Virus record (IMG/VR): IMGVR_UViG_3300037418_002962
Span: 1 to 26,649 of that record
DNA: 26,649 nt
Source of the DNA: a virus
Taxonomy: Duplodnaviria > Heunggongvirae > Uroviricota > Caudoviricetes
Strand: one strand, 5' to 3'
Part shown: piece after piece, positions 8,389 to 16,963 of the stretch
How the letters are laid out: each line of letters opens with the position of its first letter
Position numbering within the stretch: position 1 is the first letter of the stretch
Notes under the pieces: model-generated
The model's database searches: none
The model's input: the letters and a program-made list of their open reading frames with translations, nothing else
What the model was told of the DNA's origin: nothing
Translations under genes and position numbers: made by a program

Positions 8389-8675
8389 CCTAATACCCTT
8401 TTGTTATGATAGTCAATATAATCAAATGCCTTACTCAAATCATATCTTCCTTTATTCACTTCATAAAAGGCATGATCCAGGATGATTGGTCTATTAATAG
8501 AATTCAATTTTCCATTATTATAAATTAAGTCCTTGCTGGAATAAATTATTAAATCTTCCCTGCCAAGACTCTTAGACAAACTTTTAGGATATGATAAGAC
8601 TGCATTAACCCAAATGAAAATTGCTCCCTCTGGGGCTTCTTTCATCTGATTTGTTGTTCTACCAGTTTGTCTCAT
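8385..8675 (-). CDS. hypothetical protein with N-terminal P-loop-like RQTGRTT
   Basis: MRQTGRTT and IILDH resemble a minimal Walker A/B pair. Confidence 0.6.
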   Translation of the reverse strand: MRQTGRTTNQMKEAPEGAIFIWVNAVLSYPKSLSKSLGREDLIIYSSKDLIYNNGKLNSINRPIILDHAFYEVNKGRYDLSKAFDYIDYHNKRVLG

Positions 8676-8676
8676 C

Positions 8677-9159
8677 TTATTGCATCGTTGCTAAAGATTC
8701 ATCAAATTCTTCTAACTTTTCTAGATTGGAGATTTCTCTGAATTCCTTTAATTCGGTTTCAATATATTCTGTAGATTCTTCTAGTTTCATATAATTAAAT
8801 CCTGAGACTAACTCTAAATAATCTAAACAACTTGAATAATGATTTGTGGCAGATTCATCAAGATTAGAAATAGTTAAAATTTTATTAACATCAATTTCCA
8901 TAAATGGATTAATATCAAAAGCAAAATATCTTTCTGGAACATAACAAATTTCATTATATTCTTCAGTCTCGCTTTCCTGATCTAGAATATGAACTGAAGT
9001 CATTTTTAATGGTTCATAAAGAATAATTGTATTTTCAGAAGGAACAAAATCAAAATCTTTTTTTGCTGATGGTCTATTAATAGATTTGGCCCATACTTCT
9101 GTGCCATCAATAAATTTAACCATTACATAGGAATTTAAATCAATATACTTTGGAATCAT
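8677..9159 (-). CDS. conserved T4-like hypothetical protein (usual position between uvsW and gp55)
   Basis: VMVKFIDGTEVWAK...IILYEPL; GAGG RBS; own sigma70 promoter. Confidence 0.7.
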   Translation of the reverse strand: MIPKYIDLNSYVMVKFIDGTEVWAKSINRPSAKKDFDFVPSENTIILYEPLKMTSVHILDQESETEEYNEICYVPERYFAFDINPFMEIDVNKILTISNLDESATNHYSSCLDYLELVSGFNYMKLEESTEYIETELKEFREISNLEKLEEFDESLATMQ

Positions 9160-9193
9160 TTATACCTCACTTAACTCAAGTTTTATTTTTAGA

Positions 9194-9222
9194 TTTATAC
9201 AACAATAAAGAATAAATGTCAA
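9194..9222 (-). promoter_or_regulatory. sigma70-type promoter
   Basis: TTGACA-17 bp-TATAAA. Confidence 0.7.
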
Positions 9223-9226
9223 GTAT

Positions 9227-9306
9227 AATAAATAGTTGTGGATCGCGAGGCTGTAACCTCCATCCACAGTAAAAACTTTCAAAGAGTTCTCACAATGGAT
9301 ATTTAT
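9227..9306 (+). promoter_or_regulatory. late promoter (AATAAATA) plus structured leader of GIY-YIG gene, copy 1
   Basis: 65/78 nt identical to the reverse complement of 21605-21682, with compensatory changes in two stems. Confidence 0.8.
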
Positions 9307-9996
9307 CATCAAACTTTACCAGTAGAAGCTTTATTTCCTTTACAACTTTGCAAAATTTATAAAGCAAAAAATATTATTAATAATAAAATATATATTGGGT
9401 TCACTACTTTAAAATTAAATAAAAGAATATATAAACATAATAATGATTCAACTAAAGTTTATAAAGATAAAAGAAAGAAAACTTATTTTAATAATGCTAT
9501 TTCTAAATATGGAATAGAGAGCTTTGATTGGGAAATTTTATATTGGTCATTTTATCCATTTCATTGTAAAAACATAATGGAATCATATTATATAAAATTA
9601 TATAATAGCTGCTATAGAAAAGAAAATGGGCATGGATATAATGGTACTTTAGGCGGTGAAGGAGGAATGGGAAATCCTGCTTTCTTTAAAAATAAAAAAC
9701 ATTCAGAAGAAACAAAAGAAAAAATGTCTTTAAAAAGAAAAGGAATAAAACATTCCAAATCTCATGTTAAAAATCTAACAGAAGCTACAATAAAAAGATA
9801 TGAAAATAGAGACGATAAAAAATATTATTGTTTAGTAACAAATGTAATTACAGGAAGTGAACAAACTACTAATAATCTAAGAAGATTTTGTTTAGATAAT
9901 AATTTATCTTATGATTGTATGCATAAAGTATTAAAAGGTAAAAATAAATCTCATAAAGGATTTATTGTAAGATACATTTATAGAGAAACTTCATAA
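9295..9996 (+). CDS. GIY-YIG homing endonuclease with NUMOD3-like and C-terminal HTH domains
   Basis: KIYKAKNIINNKIYIGFT, GYNGTLGGEG, KKHSEETKEKMS; start placed at ATG 9295 (MDIY) because the upstream extension is the shared leader. Confidence 0.9.
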   Translation: MDIYHQTLPVEALFPLQLCKIYKAKNIINNKIYIGFTTLKLNKRIYKHNNDSTKVYKDKRKKTYFNNAISKYGIESFDWEILYWSFYPFHCKNIMESYYIKLYNSCYRKENGHGYNGTLGGEGGMGNPAFFKNKKHSEETKEKMSLKRKGIKHSKSHVKNLTEATIKRYENRDDKKYYCLVTNVITGSEQTTNNLRRFCLDNNLSYDCMHKVLKGKNKSHKGFIVRYIYRETS

Positions 9997-11444
9997 ATTT
10001 TATAAGGAAATTTCTCTTCTGCATACATTTTTATTCTTTCAAAAAAATGTCTGATAAGAATGTTTGGCTTGTTTTTTATATTGAAATTGTCTGCTATATC
10101 ATACAGAGTTGCTATATTTTTCCCTGCAGCCTTTCTTAAGATACGTCCAATGGATTGTAATACTTTTATCTGATTTTTATATGATGTCGTAAAAATTATG
10201 TTATCTAATGCCGGAACGTTAAGTCCGGTGCTGGAGGTTCCGAATGAAGCTACAACAATAGCATTAGTTTCTTTAGCAAGGATTTCTTTAAGATTATTTC
10301 TTGTTTCTTTTCCTTCTTTATCAAGTTGACCATGAACCAGAAGAATTTTTCTATTCTCTGTATTCATCTCATTGATAAGTCTATATAATTCCTCACCATG
10401 ACTAATGATCCTGAACATCACAAAGGTATTTCCCTTTATACTCAAGGCCAGATTAGCAATGAATTTATGTCTCTTTTCATAACCATGAATTACTTCATTT
10501 TCCCCATCCCAATCCAGACCCCTAAGATACTTTTGTGGAATTTCTTTATAATTCAGGACCAGTCCTTTTACCCTGACTGGAGTAGCGTATCCTTGTTCTA
10601 TTAATTCACTAGTTGTAATAAATCTTTTTACTTCACCAAATAATCCACGTAATGTATTTTCATTAGTTTCAGTACCATCTAGTGTCCCTGTAAAGCCAAA
10701 TCTATATCTAGTGTTAGGCATAGACTCTAATATACTAGTAATACTTTTACTTTTTGCTGTATGGCATTCATCCACAATAATATGTCCAAATTTCTTAAGA
10801 TAACTTGGAGGTAATTTTGCCATGCTCTGATAAGTTGAAATTATACACTTTTTTTGAGTTTCTTTTTCTTGACCTGAAAATATTTTATGAATATTTTCTT
10901 CAGAATCCCAACCATAATCTTTAAAATCTTTAAAAAGCTGATTAACAAGATTTACTGTAGGAACAATAATAAGTGTTTTTTGATCCTGAAAATATCTAAT
11001 AAGCCAATATAGCAACAAACTTTTTCCAGATGAAGTTGGAAGTAAACTTAAAGCTCTTCTTTCTCTAACACAATGAACAAACGCTTCTATCTGATAATCT
11101 CTAATTTCAATAAAATTTGGAAGATTTAATGTTTTGATAAATTCCTTTGCTTCATGGACTGAGAAGTTTTCTTTACCGAAATCTCCATCAAACTCTACTT
11201 GGTAATTTTTTTCTTTTGCAAATTCTAATAATTTATCCAATAAACCCAAATAAATTTGACCAGTTTTTAGATTTAGAAGCCTTATAACCCCATCCCAAAC
11301 TCCAGCCTTTACTTTTGGATGAAATCTAGCATTAGGAATCTCAAAAGAAAATCTTTCTGAAATCTCTCTGGCTACACTATAATCACAAAATACCTTGACA
11401 AATACTTCATTTATTTTTTTAATTACTATTAATTCACTACCCAA
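9978..11444 (-). CDS. uvsW: UvsW-like SF2 DNA helicase
   Basis: RDYQ, LPTSSGKS, IIVPT, VDECH, GFTGT, QSIGRILR. Confidence 0.95.
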   Translation of the reverse strand: MGSELIVIKKINEVFVKVFCDYSVAREISERFSFEIPNARFHPKVKAGVWDGVIRLLNLKTGQIYLGLLDKLLEFAKEKNYQVEFDGDFGKENFSVHEAKEFIKTLNLPNFIEIRDYQIEAFVHCVRERRALSLLPTSSGKSLLLYWLIRYFQDQKTLIIVPTVNLVNQLFKDFKDYGWDSEENIHKIFSGQEKETQKKCIISTYQSMAKLPPSYLKKFGHIIVDECHTAKSKSITSILESMPNTRYRFGFTGTLDGTETNENTLRGLFGEVKRFITTSELIEQGYATPVRVKGLVLNYKEIPQKYLRGLDWDGENEVIHGYEKRHKFIANLALSIKGNTFVMFRIISHGEELYRLINEMNTENRKILLVHGQLDKEGKETRNNLKEILAKETNAIVVASFGTSSTGLNVPALDNIIFTTSYKNQIKVLQSIGRILRKAAGKNIATLYDIADNFNIKNKPNILIRHFFERIKMYAEEKFPYKIYEVSL

Positions 11445-11752
11445 GAATGCTTCCTATTTAAAAATTCTATAACAGCATCATCAACATTGCTCAAAAAAAT
11501 ATTTAAAGTATCTCCTGCTTTATCTACCATGGATAAAAAGAAAAATTTCTTTGTATTTAATGCTTTATCATAATGATCGTCATCAAACCAAACAGAGTTT
11601 TTATGGTTTGACATAATAATCTTTATGTCATCAGCTAAATCATATTTTCTCAATGCTTCAAAATTATAATTATAAAAATGGAGAGATATTCCATGAAATT
11701 TATATAACTTTTCTAGAATATCTACAGTATAATCAATTTCATAATAATTCAT
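11429..11752 (-). CDS. hypothetical protein
   Basis: TAATG coupling to uvsY. Confidence 0.65.
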   Translation of the reverse strand: MNYYEIDYTVDILEKLYKFHGISLHFYNYNFEALRKYDLADDIKIIMSNHKNSVWFDDDHYDKALNTKKFFFLSMVDKAGDTLNIFLSNVDDAVIEFLNRKHSWVVN

Positions 11753-12189
11753 TATCCTATCCCTGCCTGAAATTTCTGGAATTCAATTGCATTCTTAATA
11801 TTGAAACTTCTCTGATGGAGTTCTGCAGTTATCTCTTTGATTAGTTTGCATTTTTCATCAGCAAGTATTATTATCTTATTTAGCTTAAGAACATCCTCAT
11901 CAGCCTCCGCAAATGCCTTTGCCTCAACACCACTCATTTTAACATTATTACCTTCCCAACCAAGTTCTTTTAATTTCTCCAGAGTAATTTCATTTTTATA
12001 ATAATGTCTTTTGGTCGTAAGTAATTTTTTATGGATGTTTTCGTATTCAAGTTTAGCCTTAAATTCTTCTATATAATAACGATTATACTTAACTTTCAAC
12101 CTTGGTATTCTGAGAGATTCTGTTGACAGATCACTATCATCCATTTCTGCATCTCTTTTCCATTCGTCAAGAATTTCTTCAATTTTCAT
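11752..12189 (-). CDS. uvsY: UvsY recombination mediator
   Basis: WKRDAEMD...ESLRIPRL...RSFNIKNAIEFQKFQAG C-terminus; adjacent to uvsW. Confidence 0.93.
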   Translation of the reverse strand: MKIEEILDEWKRDAEMDDSDLSTESLRIPRLKVKYNRYYIEEFKAKLEYENIHKKLLTTKRHYYKNEITLEKLKELGWEGNNVKMSGVEAKAFAEADEDVLKLNKIIILADEKCKLIKEITAELHQRSFNIKNAIEFQKFQAGIG

Positions 12190-12511
12190 TAATTATCTCA
12201 TAACCAAAATGTTCATCATAAAAATCCCATGATGGAATTATAGAAATATCTTCCATAGGGGCTTCAACAATCCAATCTCCAGGATATAAAGATTTCAATT
12301 CCCTATGTAGGTTAAGAAAAACTCCTTTGCCCTCGATATAAATTATACCATACTTATCAAATCCATTTTTAATTTCTTTATAAGGTCCACCATATAAAGG
12401 CTGTTCTTTATATTCCTCTTTTAATTCAACTAAATTAGTATCAGGAAACCATTGAAATCCCTTTAGAATATTGGATTTTTTAACAATCTCTTTATCAAAG
12501 AATTCTTTCAT
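12179..12511 (-). CDS. hypothetical protein
   Basis: FQWF...LYPGDWIV...IIPSWDF motif seen in small phage proteins. Confidence 0.65.
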   Translation of the reverse strand: MKEFFDKEIVKKSNILKGFQWFPDTNLVELKEEYKEQPLYGGPYKEIKNGFDKYGIIYIEGKGVFLNLHRELKSLYPGDWIVEAPMEDISIIPSWDFYDEHFGYEIINEN

Positions 12512-12515
12512 ATTT

Positions 12516-12764
12516 TTATTCTTTCTCTCTAAACATTACTGTATTCCACCAACCATCAATACCTTTAAATTTATATGAAGATTTCCAATTTTCTACAAAT
12601 ACATTTTCAACAATATATTCTCTTAGTACTGAAAATTTCTCCTGTGCCTTATCCAATTCAAAAGGATATCCGCCAGAATTGATAAATTTCATCACTGTTC
12701 CAGGTGAAGGCCATCTATTCTTTTCATCTTCTGGAAGTTCCTCCCAATAATATTCATAATACAT
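12516..12764 (-). CDS. hypothetical protein
   Basis: TAATG coupling; WWNTVMF C-terminus. Confidence 0.65.
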   Translation of the reverse strand: MYYEYYWEELPEDEKNRWPSPGTVMKFINSGGYPFELDKAQEKFSVLREYIVENVFVENWKSSYKFKGIDGWWNTVMFREKE

Positions 12765-13162
12765 TAAAATGTTCTTTCATTAGTGAGAAGCAATCCATAA
12801 AATGATAATTGAGTTACTTCTTTTTCATCATTTAATTCTCCCATTGCTTGGGGAGACAATTTAAAAAATTCTTCCTTAGCTAAATTATAACAAATAATTC
12901 CTTCTTCAGTATTAATAAAATTAACTGTTGCATAAGCAAAAATTCCTGTATCAGATGCACCAGCAATCCAGAGATCTTTAACCACAGCAACAACATCTTC
13001 AAGATTAATTCTCTCCCCTGAAAATTTACTAGTAACAAAAAATGTTCCATGGCTAATACTTTCTTTTGCTTCAAGAATAGCCTTTTCAACATCTTCTGTT
13101 CTATAAACTCTTCCATTACTTAATGGTGTATCAAGCTTTAAAAATTCCCCTGTAAACTCCAT
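12764..13162 (-). CDS. degenerate T4 gp21 prohead-protease-like protein
   Basis: DTPLSNGRVY, RINLEDVV and INTEEG resemble gp21 motifs; the GEL.HP His is absent; start placed at ATG 13162 after GGAGG. Confidence 0.55.
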   Translation of the reverse strand: MEFTGEFLKLDTPLSNGRVYRTEDVEKAILEAKESISHGTFFVTSKFSGERINLEDVVAVVKDLWIAGASDTGIFAYATVNFINTEEGIICYNLAKEEFFKLSPQAMGELNDEKEVTQLSFYGLLLTNERTF

Positions 13163-13175
13163 ATATCCTCCAAAC

Positions 13176-13200
13176 AAAAAGAGCCAATTAAGGCTCTTTT
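13176..13200 (-). terminator. intrinsic terminator, symmetric and possibly bidirectional
   Basis: AAAAGAGCC-6 nt loop-GGCTCTTTT(T). Confidence 0.7.
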
Positions 13201-13226
13201 ATACAATAATTATAATAATTTGTCAA
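13198..13226 (-). promoter_or_regulatory. sigma70-type promoter
   Basis: TTGACA-17 bp-TATAAA. Confidence 0.7.
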
Positions 13227-13233
13227 GTATTAT

Positions 13234-13416
13234 CTAATCAGTATAAGAAGAGAAAGAATACTTTCCGTTAGAGAAATAATTCCAAGATCCTCCTAGACCG
13301 AAATCATACATTTCCTGTATCTGTTCTTTGGTTACGTCTCCTTCATAACTGCCAATATAAGTAATCTTTGCGAATCCATACTCTGTTTTATCTAAATAAA
13401 TTTTATTTTCCATCAA
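13234..13416 (-). CDS. hypothetical protein
   Basis: AAGGAG RBS; FGLGG...YTD C-terminus. Confidence 0.65.
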   Translation of the reverse strand: MMENKIYLDKTEYGFAKITYIGSYEGDVTKEQIQEMYDFGLGGSWNYFSNGKYSFSSYTD

Positions 13417-13423
13417 ACTCCTT

Positions 13424-13792
13424 TTAAAAATCGCTTTTATCTAACTGTTTAACAACCTTAATTCTTTTATGGCTGATTTTATTTTTTGTAACAAATTCAT
13501 GAGGATGATCACCATTCGAATATTCCATCTTCCAATTTTTTAATTTCAATCTTCGGCAATCAACCTCAAGTAAATATGGCTTATTATCATTGACCCAATC
13601 AATTCCTGCTTGATTATTTAGAATATATTTAACATTATCAGTAAGAAATACATGGTCTCGTATAGGAGAATCCGAATATGGACTGTAAAATACAGTTATT
13701 CCATTGGTTTTATCAACAGATTTTCCAGGATATAATCCTTTACTCAAAATACTTTCTAAGTTAGCAGAAGGGGTAATATGATAAAGAATCAT
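13424..13792 (-). CDS. putative ADP-ribosyltransferase-fold protein (Tpt1/KptA-like)
   Basis: LYHIT...NLESILSKGL.P, HVFLT, LLEVD, EFVT...I. Confidence 0.6.
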   Translation of the reverse strand: MILYHITPSANLESILSKGLYPGKSVDKTNGITVFYSPYSDSPIRDHVFLTDNVKYILNNQAGIDWVNDNKPYLLEVDCRRLKLKNWKMEYSNGDHPHEFVTKNKISHKRIKVVKQLDKSDF

Positions 13793-13795
13793 TTT

Positions 13796-14038
13796 TTACT
13801 TGCTCTTGTACGGAATGAAAACAGAAATAATAAGAAATATTAAATTTAACGGACCTAGACAAGAAAAAAACAAGCAAGGAACATAAACATCCTTGTAAAA
13901 AGATAAAAATGTTTCATTTTCACAATAATTATCATCGATTCTGTAAATAATTCTATTATGAAAATCTTTTGCTATGATTAGAGTAAATAAAAATCCGTAA
14001 AAATACCATTCAAGAAACCACATTAATGAATCCAGCAT
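13796..14038 (-). CDS. small membrane protein
   Basis: Two hydrophobic segments, LGP motif; GGAG RBS. Confidence 0.65.
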   Translation of the reverse strand: MLDSLMWFLEWYFYGFLFTLIIAKDFHNRIIYRIDDNYCENETFLSFYKDVYVPCLFFSCLGPLNLIFLIISVFIPYKSK

Positions 14039-14039
14039 T

Positions 14040-14234
14040 TTATTCTCCTAATTTATCAAAGGGTTTAATTGATGGGAAGAATTTACAAAAATATGTAATT
14101 TCATCAACAATTTTCCAGGACTGCATTTTACCTATATTATCATCAGATACCAATGCCTTAATATGAGCTATAGCATCTATTTGATGTTTGTCAAGAATAA
14201 ATGGCCTAACTTTAAGAATTTTTGGTCTTGGCAT
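14040..14234 (-). CDS. hypothetical protein
   Basis: Start placed at ATG 14234 (MPRPK) after a purine-rich RBS. Confidence 0.5.
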   Translation of the reverse strand: MPRPKILKVRPFILDKHQIDAIAHIKALVSDDNIGKMQSWKIVDEITYFCKFFPSIKPFDKLGE

Positions 14235-14463
14235 TTCTTCTTTCTCTATAATGAACATGATAATGGAAAAATGTTTTATCGAGTCTATCAACTATAGGAT
14301 ATACTTCAAATTTACGTTCTATAAATTCTAGCCATACATATTCAATTCTAGGCCAGAATATAAGAACAGGATACCATGCGAACCATTTGTGCCAATCAGA
14401 ATACTTGGCAGTTAAGAGTTCATGCCTTTTTCTCATTCTTCCTTCTTTAGTAAGAAATCTCAT
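14212..14463 (-). CDS. conserved phage hypothetical protein (W..WFAW.PV family)
   Basis: WHKWFAWYPV...VWLEFIER; GGAGG RBS before ATG 14463. Confidence 0.7.
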   Translation of the reverse strand: MRFLTKEGRMRKRHELLTAKYSDWHKWFAWYPVLIFWPRIEYVWLEFIERKFEVYPIVDRLDKTFFHYHVHYRERRNAKTKNS

Positions 14464-14464
14464 A

Positions 14465-15436
14465 TTACCTCCATGGATCATAGTCTTGATCATGCCAAGT
14501 CAAATCTGAGAGCATATTTTTATATTTTTCTGGAAGTGGAGCCATATTTTCTCCTGGAAGAAACTTTCTATATTGTTGCCATCCAACTAAATTTCCATGC
14601 CTTCTTTTATTCATCCAAATACCACAAAATTTAGAATCAGGTTTACCCTGATGCTCTGCGGGGCTGGCATGAATTGGTTGCCTTTCAAGAAGTCTATCAT
14701 AAAGAGCAAGATCCTCTTCAAGAGTAGAAATCTTTCCTGTTGCATGGCTCTTATAACTTGTTCTGGCACATCTAGCAACAGAAATTTTAATATAAGTTTC
14801 CTTCACCAAATCTACCCAAGAAGAAATACTTCCTTTATGAATTTTATCTGTATAGCTAATTACCTTCTGTTCGTCTTCTGTTGTAACAAATGGAAGATGC
14901 CACTGTCCTTTACGCAAAGATCTTGGATGGCTACTGACATAAGCTCTCCACATCTTCTCGGCCAATTCACGAATTTCCGGTTGAGCATCCTTATCTAGCC
15001 TCAGACCAAAGAAATTCATATATTCTGTAGCAGTTGTTACAGTTCTAGCATGGACAAAAGGCTCCAGAACACGATTAACAAGTTGCTTATGAACTCCTTG
15101 ATTAAGCATATGTTCTGCACGGAATGCAGCATCATTTGCAGCCAATGCCCATGATTTCTTTGCTGCAGCTAAGGCTTCACCAGTTAGCTCTTCCTTTGCT
15201 TGCATACCTGGAATATTCTTTCCCCAACCTGAAGGATTTACTCTTAGGTCTGGATTTCTTACTTCCTCGATATATTTTGCAGTTGTGACTGCCCTTGAAG
15301 ATGAGGTAGATTTAGAAATAACCCTATGAGTATTCAATTCAGCCAGAACGAATTTTGGGAATTTTAGTCTGAATGTTGTAAGTCTGTTATTGTACTTGTT
15401 TACTGAATCGCAAACAATTTCTGCTTCTATTGTCAT
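14465..15436 (-). CDS. thyX: FAD-dependent thymidylate synthase ThyX (phage type)
   Basis: LAELNTHRVISKSTSSSRA, HKQLVNRVLEPF, AQPEI, SVARCARTSY, HASPAEHQ. Confidence 0.93.
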   Translation of the reverse strand: MTIEAEIVCDSVNKYNNRLTTFRLKFPKFVLAELNTHRVISKSTSSSRAVTTAKYIEEVRNPDLRVNPSGWGKNIPGMQAKEELTGEALAAAKKSWALAANDAAFRAEHMLNQGVHKQLVNRVLEPFVHARTVTTATEYMNFFGLRLDKDAQPEIRELAEKMWRAYVSSHPRSLRKGQWHLPFVTTEDEQKVISYTDKIHKGSISSWVDLVKETYIKISVARCARTSYKSHATGKISTLEEDLALYDRLLERQPIHASPAEHQGKPDSKFCGIWMNKRRHGNLVGWQQYRKFLPGENMAPLPEKYKNMLSDLTWHDQDYDPWR

Positions 15437-15685
15437 TTATTTCCTTTTAATTGTATAAATTGTCTTTGACATAATATTGGAAGAGCATACGAATGCTATA
15501 ATCATAATCATAGCCATAACAAAAGTTGAAGGGCCAAATAGAATAGAAACTAGAAATATAGTTACTCTTAGTAGAGTAATTCCAATGTCTCTATACCTAT
15601 CAACATAAAAAATAATTGATATATCAATTATTTGCATCATGCAAGAACCAACTAGTCCTAGTAAAAACCAAATAAAAAGTTCCAT
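15437..15685 (-). CDS. small membrane protein
   Basis: Hydrophobic helices, FGP motif; GGAG RBS. Confidence 0.65.
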   Translation of the reverse strand: MELFIWFLLGLVGSCMMQIIDISIIFYVDRYRDIGITLLRVTIFLVSILFGPSTFVMAMIMIIAFVCSSNIMSKTIYTIKRK

Positions 15686-15694
15686 TTTATCTCC

Positions 15695-16012
15695 TTATCG
15701 ATTTCCGTAACATCTGCTATAGACTTCATCTGAATTATCTTGAAAGTTATCTTTATTCAAGTCAGGAAAGGTTGTTGAAGAAAATAATTTTCCTTTTAGG
15801 ACACAAACATCTTTATTAGAAGAGGCATCTATACAACCAATTTCATAAGCCAATACAGATTGTTCTTCAAAAATTCTAATCTCTGCATTAGTCAGGCAAG
15901 ATTGAGCATCTAGCCTTGCCTCTCTTATAGAAGAGTCTGCTATAGAAAATGCAATTAGAGATCCTAGGAATAATCCGATAGCCATCCCTATTAGGGAAAA
16001 CATTGTTTTCAT
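15695..16012 (-). CDS. membrane-anchored hypothetical protein
   Basis: N-terminal transmembrane helix followed by a Cys-containing domain. Confidence 0.6.
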   Translation of the reverse strand: MKTMFSLIGMAIGLFLGSLIAFSIADSSIREARLDAQSCLTNAEIRIFEEQSVLAYEIGCIDASSNKDVCVLKGKLFSSTTFPDLNKDNFQDNSDEVYSRCYGNR

Positions 16013-16272
16013 TAATGAGCTTTCTTTTCTAGAACTTCCCAGACTGCAAAGGGATCATCAGGATCACCAAATTTTTCTGCAATCTTTAGGAGTTCTTCCT
16101 TAAAGGGTCTAAGATCATTTAACTCTTCATCAAGCTTAATATTTTCTTTGCATTTTATATCAATCAAATCAAAAAAAGTCTGATATGTTCGGGATACATT
16201 TACAATATCGCGTTCTCTATTTACTCCAGAAACATCACGTTCTGCTAAGTTCCTTGCATGATTGAATAGCAT
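16012..16272 (-). CDS. hypothetical protein
   Basis: Coupled ORF; GDPDDPFAVWE motif. Confidence 0.6.
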   Translation of the reverse strand: MLFNHARNLAERDVSGVNRERDIVNVSRTYQTFFDLIDIKCKENIKLDEELNDLRPFKEELLKIAEKFGDPDDPFAVWEVLEKKAH

Positions 16273-16497
16273 TTAATCTTCCTCTCTTTCATCATTGCAT
16301 TGGTCACAAAGTTCTTCATCAGTTAAATTATTTAATTCTTCTGTGCCACACCACCAACCACATCCATCACAGCAGAACACTAAACTATCAAAAGTATAAG
16401 ATTCCTCAAGAGTAAGCTCTTCAAGTTCATCTACAATATTATTACAAGTGCCTATAACACTTTCTGCTAATTCTCTAGGATTAATATAATGCCCCAT
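16273..16497 (-). CDS. zinc-finger hypothetical protein
   Basis: FCCDGCGWWC...LCDQC. Confidence 0.7.
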   Translation of the reverse strand: MGHYINPRELAESVIGTCNNIVDELEELTLEESYTFDSLVFCCDGCGWWCGTEELNNLTDEELCDQCNDEREED

Positions 16498-16498
16498 T

Positions 16499-16729
16499 TT
16501 ATCCTTGCTCCATGTCTAAAATTTCTTGAGGAATATCCGGCATCTCAATTTCATCAATATGATAATGCCATGATTGAGATGAATGCCTATCTTTTCCATA
16601 ACTTCTAAGTGACGATTCTATCTCATCCTTGATAAGCAATTCAGCCTCATATTCTGTCCAATAACCTCCAAGAATCCTTGAATCTTCTGGATACATATTA
16701 TCAGTATATCGCGCAATAAAAATTCTCAT
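16499..16729 (-). CDS. small phage hypothetical protein
   Basis: MRIFIA...ILGGYWTEYEA...YHIDEIEM. Confidence 0.65.
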   Translation of the reverse strand: MRIFIARYTDNMYPEDSRILGGYWTEYEAELLIKDEIESSLRSYGKDRHSSQSWHYHIDEIEMPDIPQEILDMEQG

Positions 16730-16732
16730 AAT

Positions 16733-16963
16733 TTACCAAACCTCATCCAAGGCTTCATCAGCCTTAATAATTTTGTTGATTTTATCAATATTATTGATGG
16801 CAAACTGAAATCCACACCAGCCCATAGCAATAGCAATGCTACTGTAATGGCCTTCCTCAGTCTTATTAAGAACATCAGGAGTAAATTTAGGTTGGGCCAT
16901 CAAAATAGTTTCATAAAGTTCTCTAAATTTCTCATTCATTTTAATAAATCCTATTCTCTTCAT
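16733..16963 (-). CDS. hypothetical protein
   Basis: In the packed minus-strand run; may start at the second Met. Confidence 0.55.
   Translation of the reverse strand: MKRIGFIKMNEKFRELYETILMAQPKFTPDVLNKTEEGHYSSIAIAMGWCGFQFAINNIDKINKIIKADEALDEVW

Noticed and set aside
9238-9294. Conserved 19-aa N-terminal peptide on both GIY-YIG proteins
   Set aside because: Substitutions preserve base pairing rather than amino acids, and the RBS lies before the MDIY ATG.
14422-14998. Plus-strand ORFs within thyX (likewise 839-1021, 7824-8021, 10398-10604, 11653-11844, 12880-13116, 18041-18274, 18540-18734)
   Set aside because: They overlap better-supported genes and show no independent signals.
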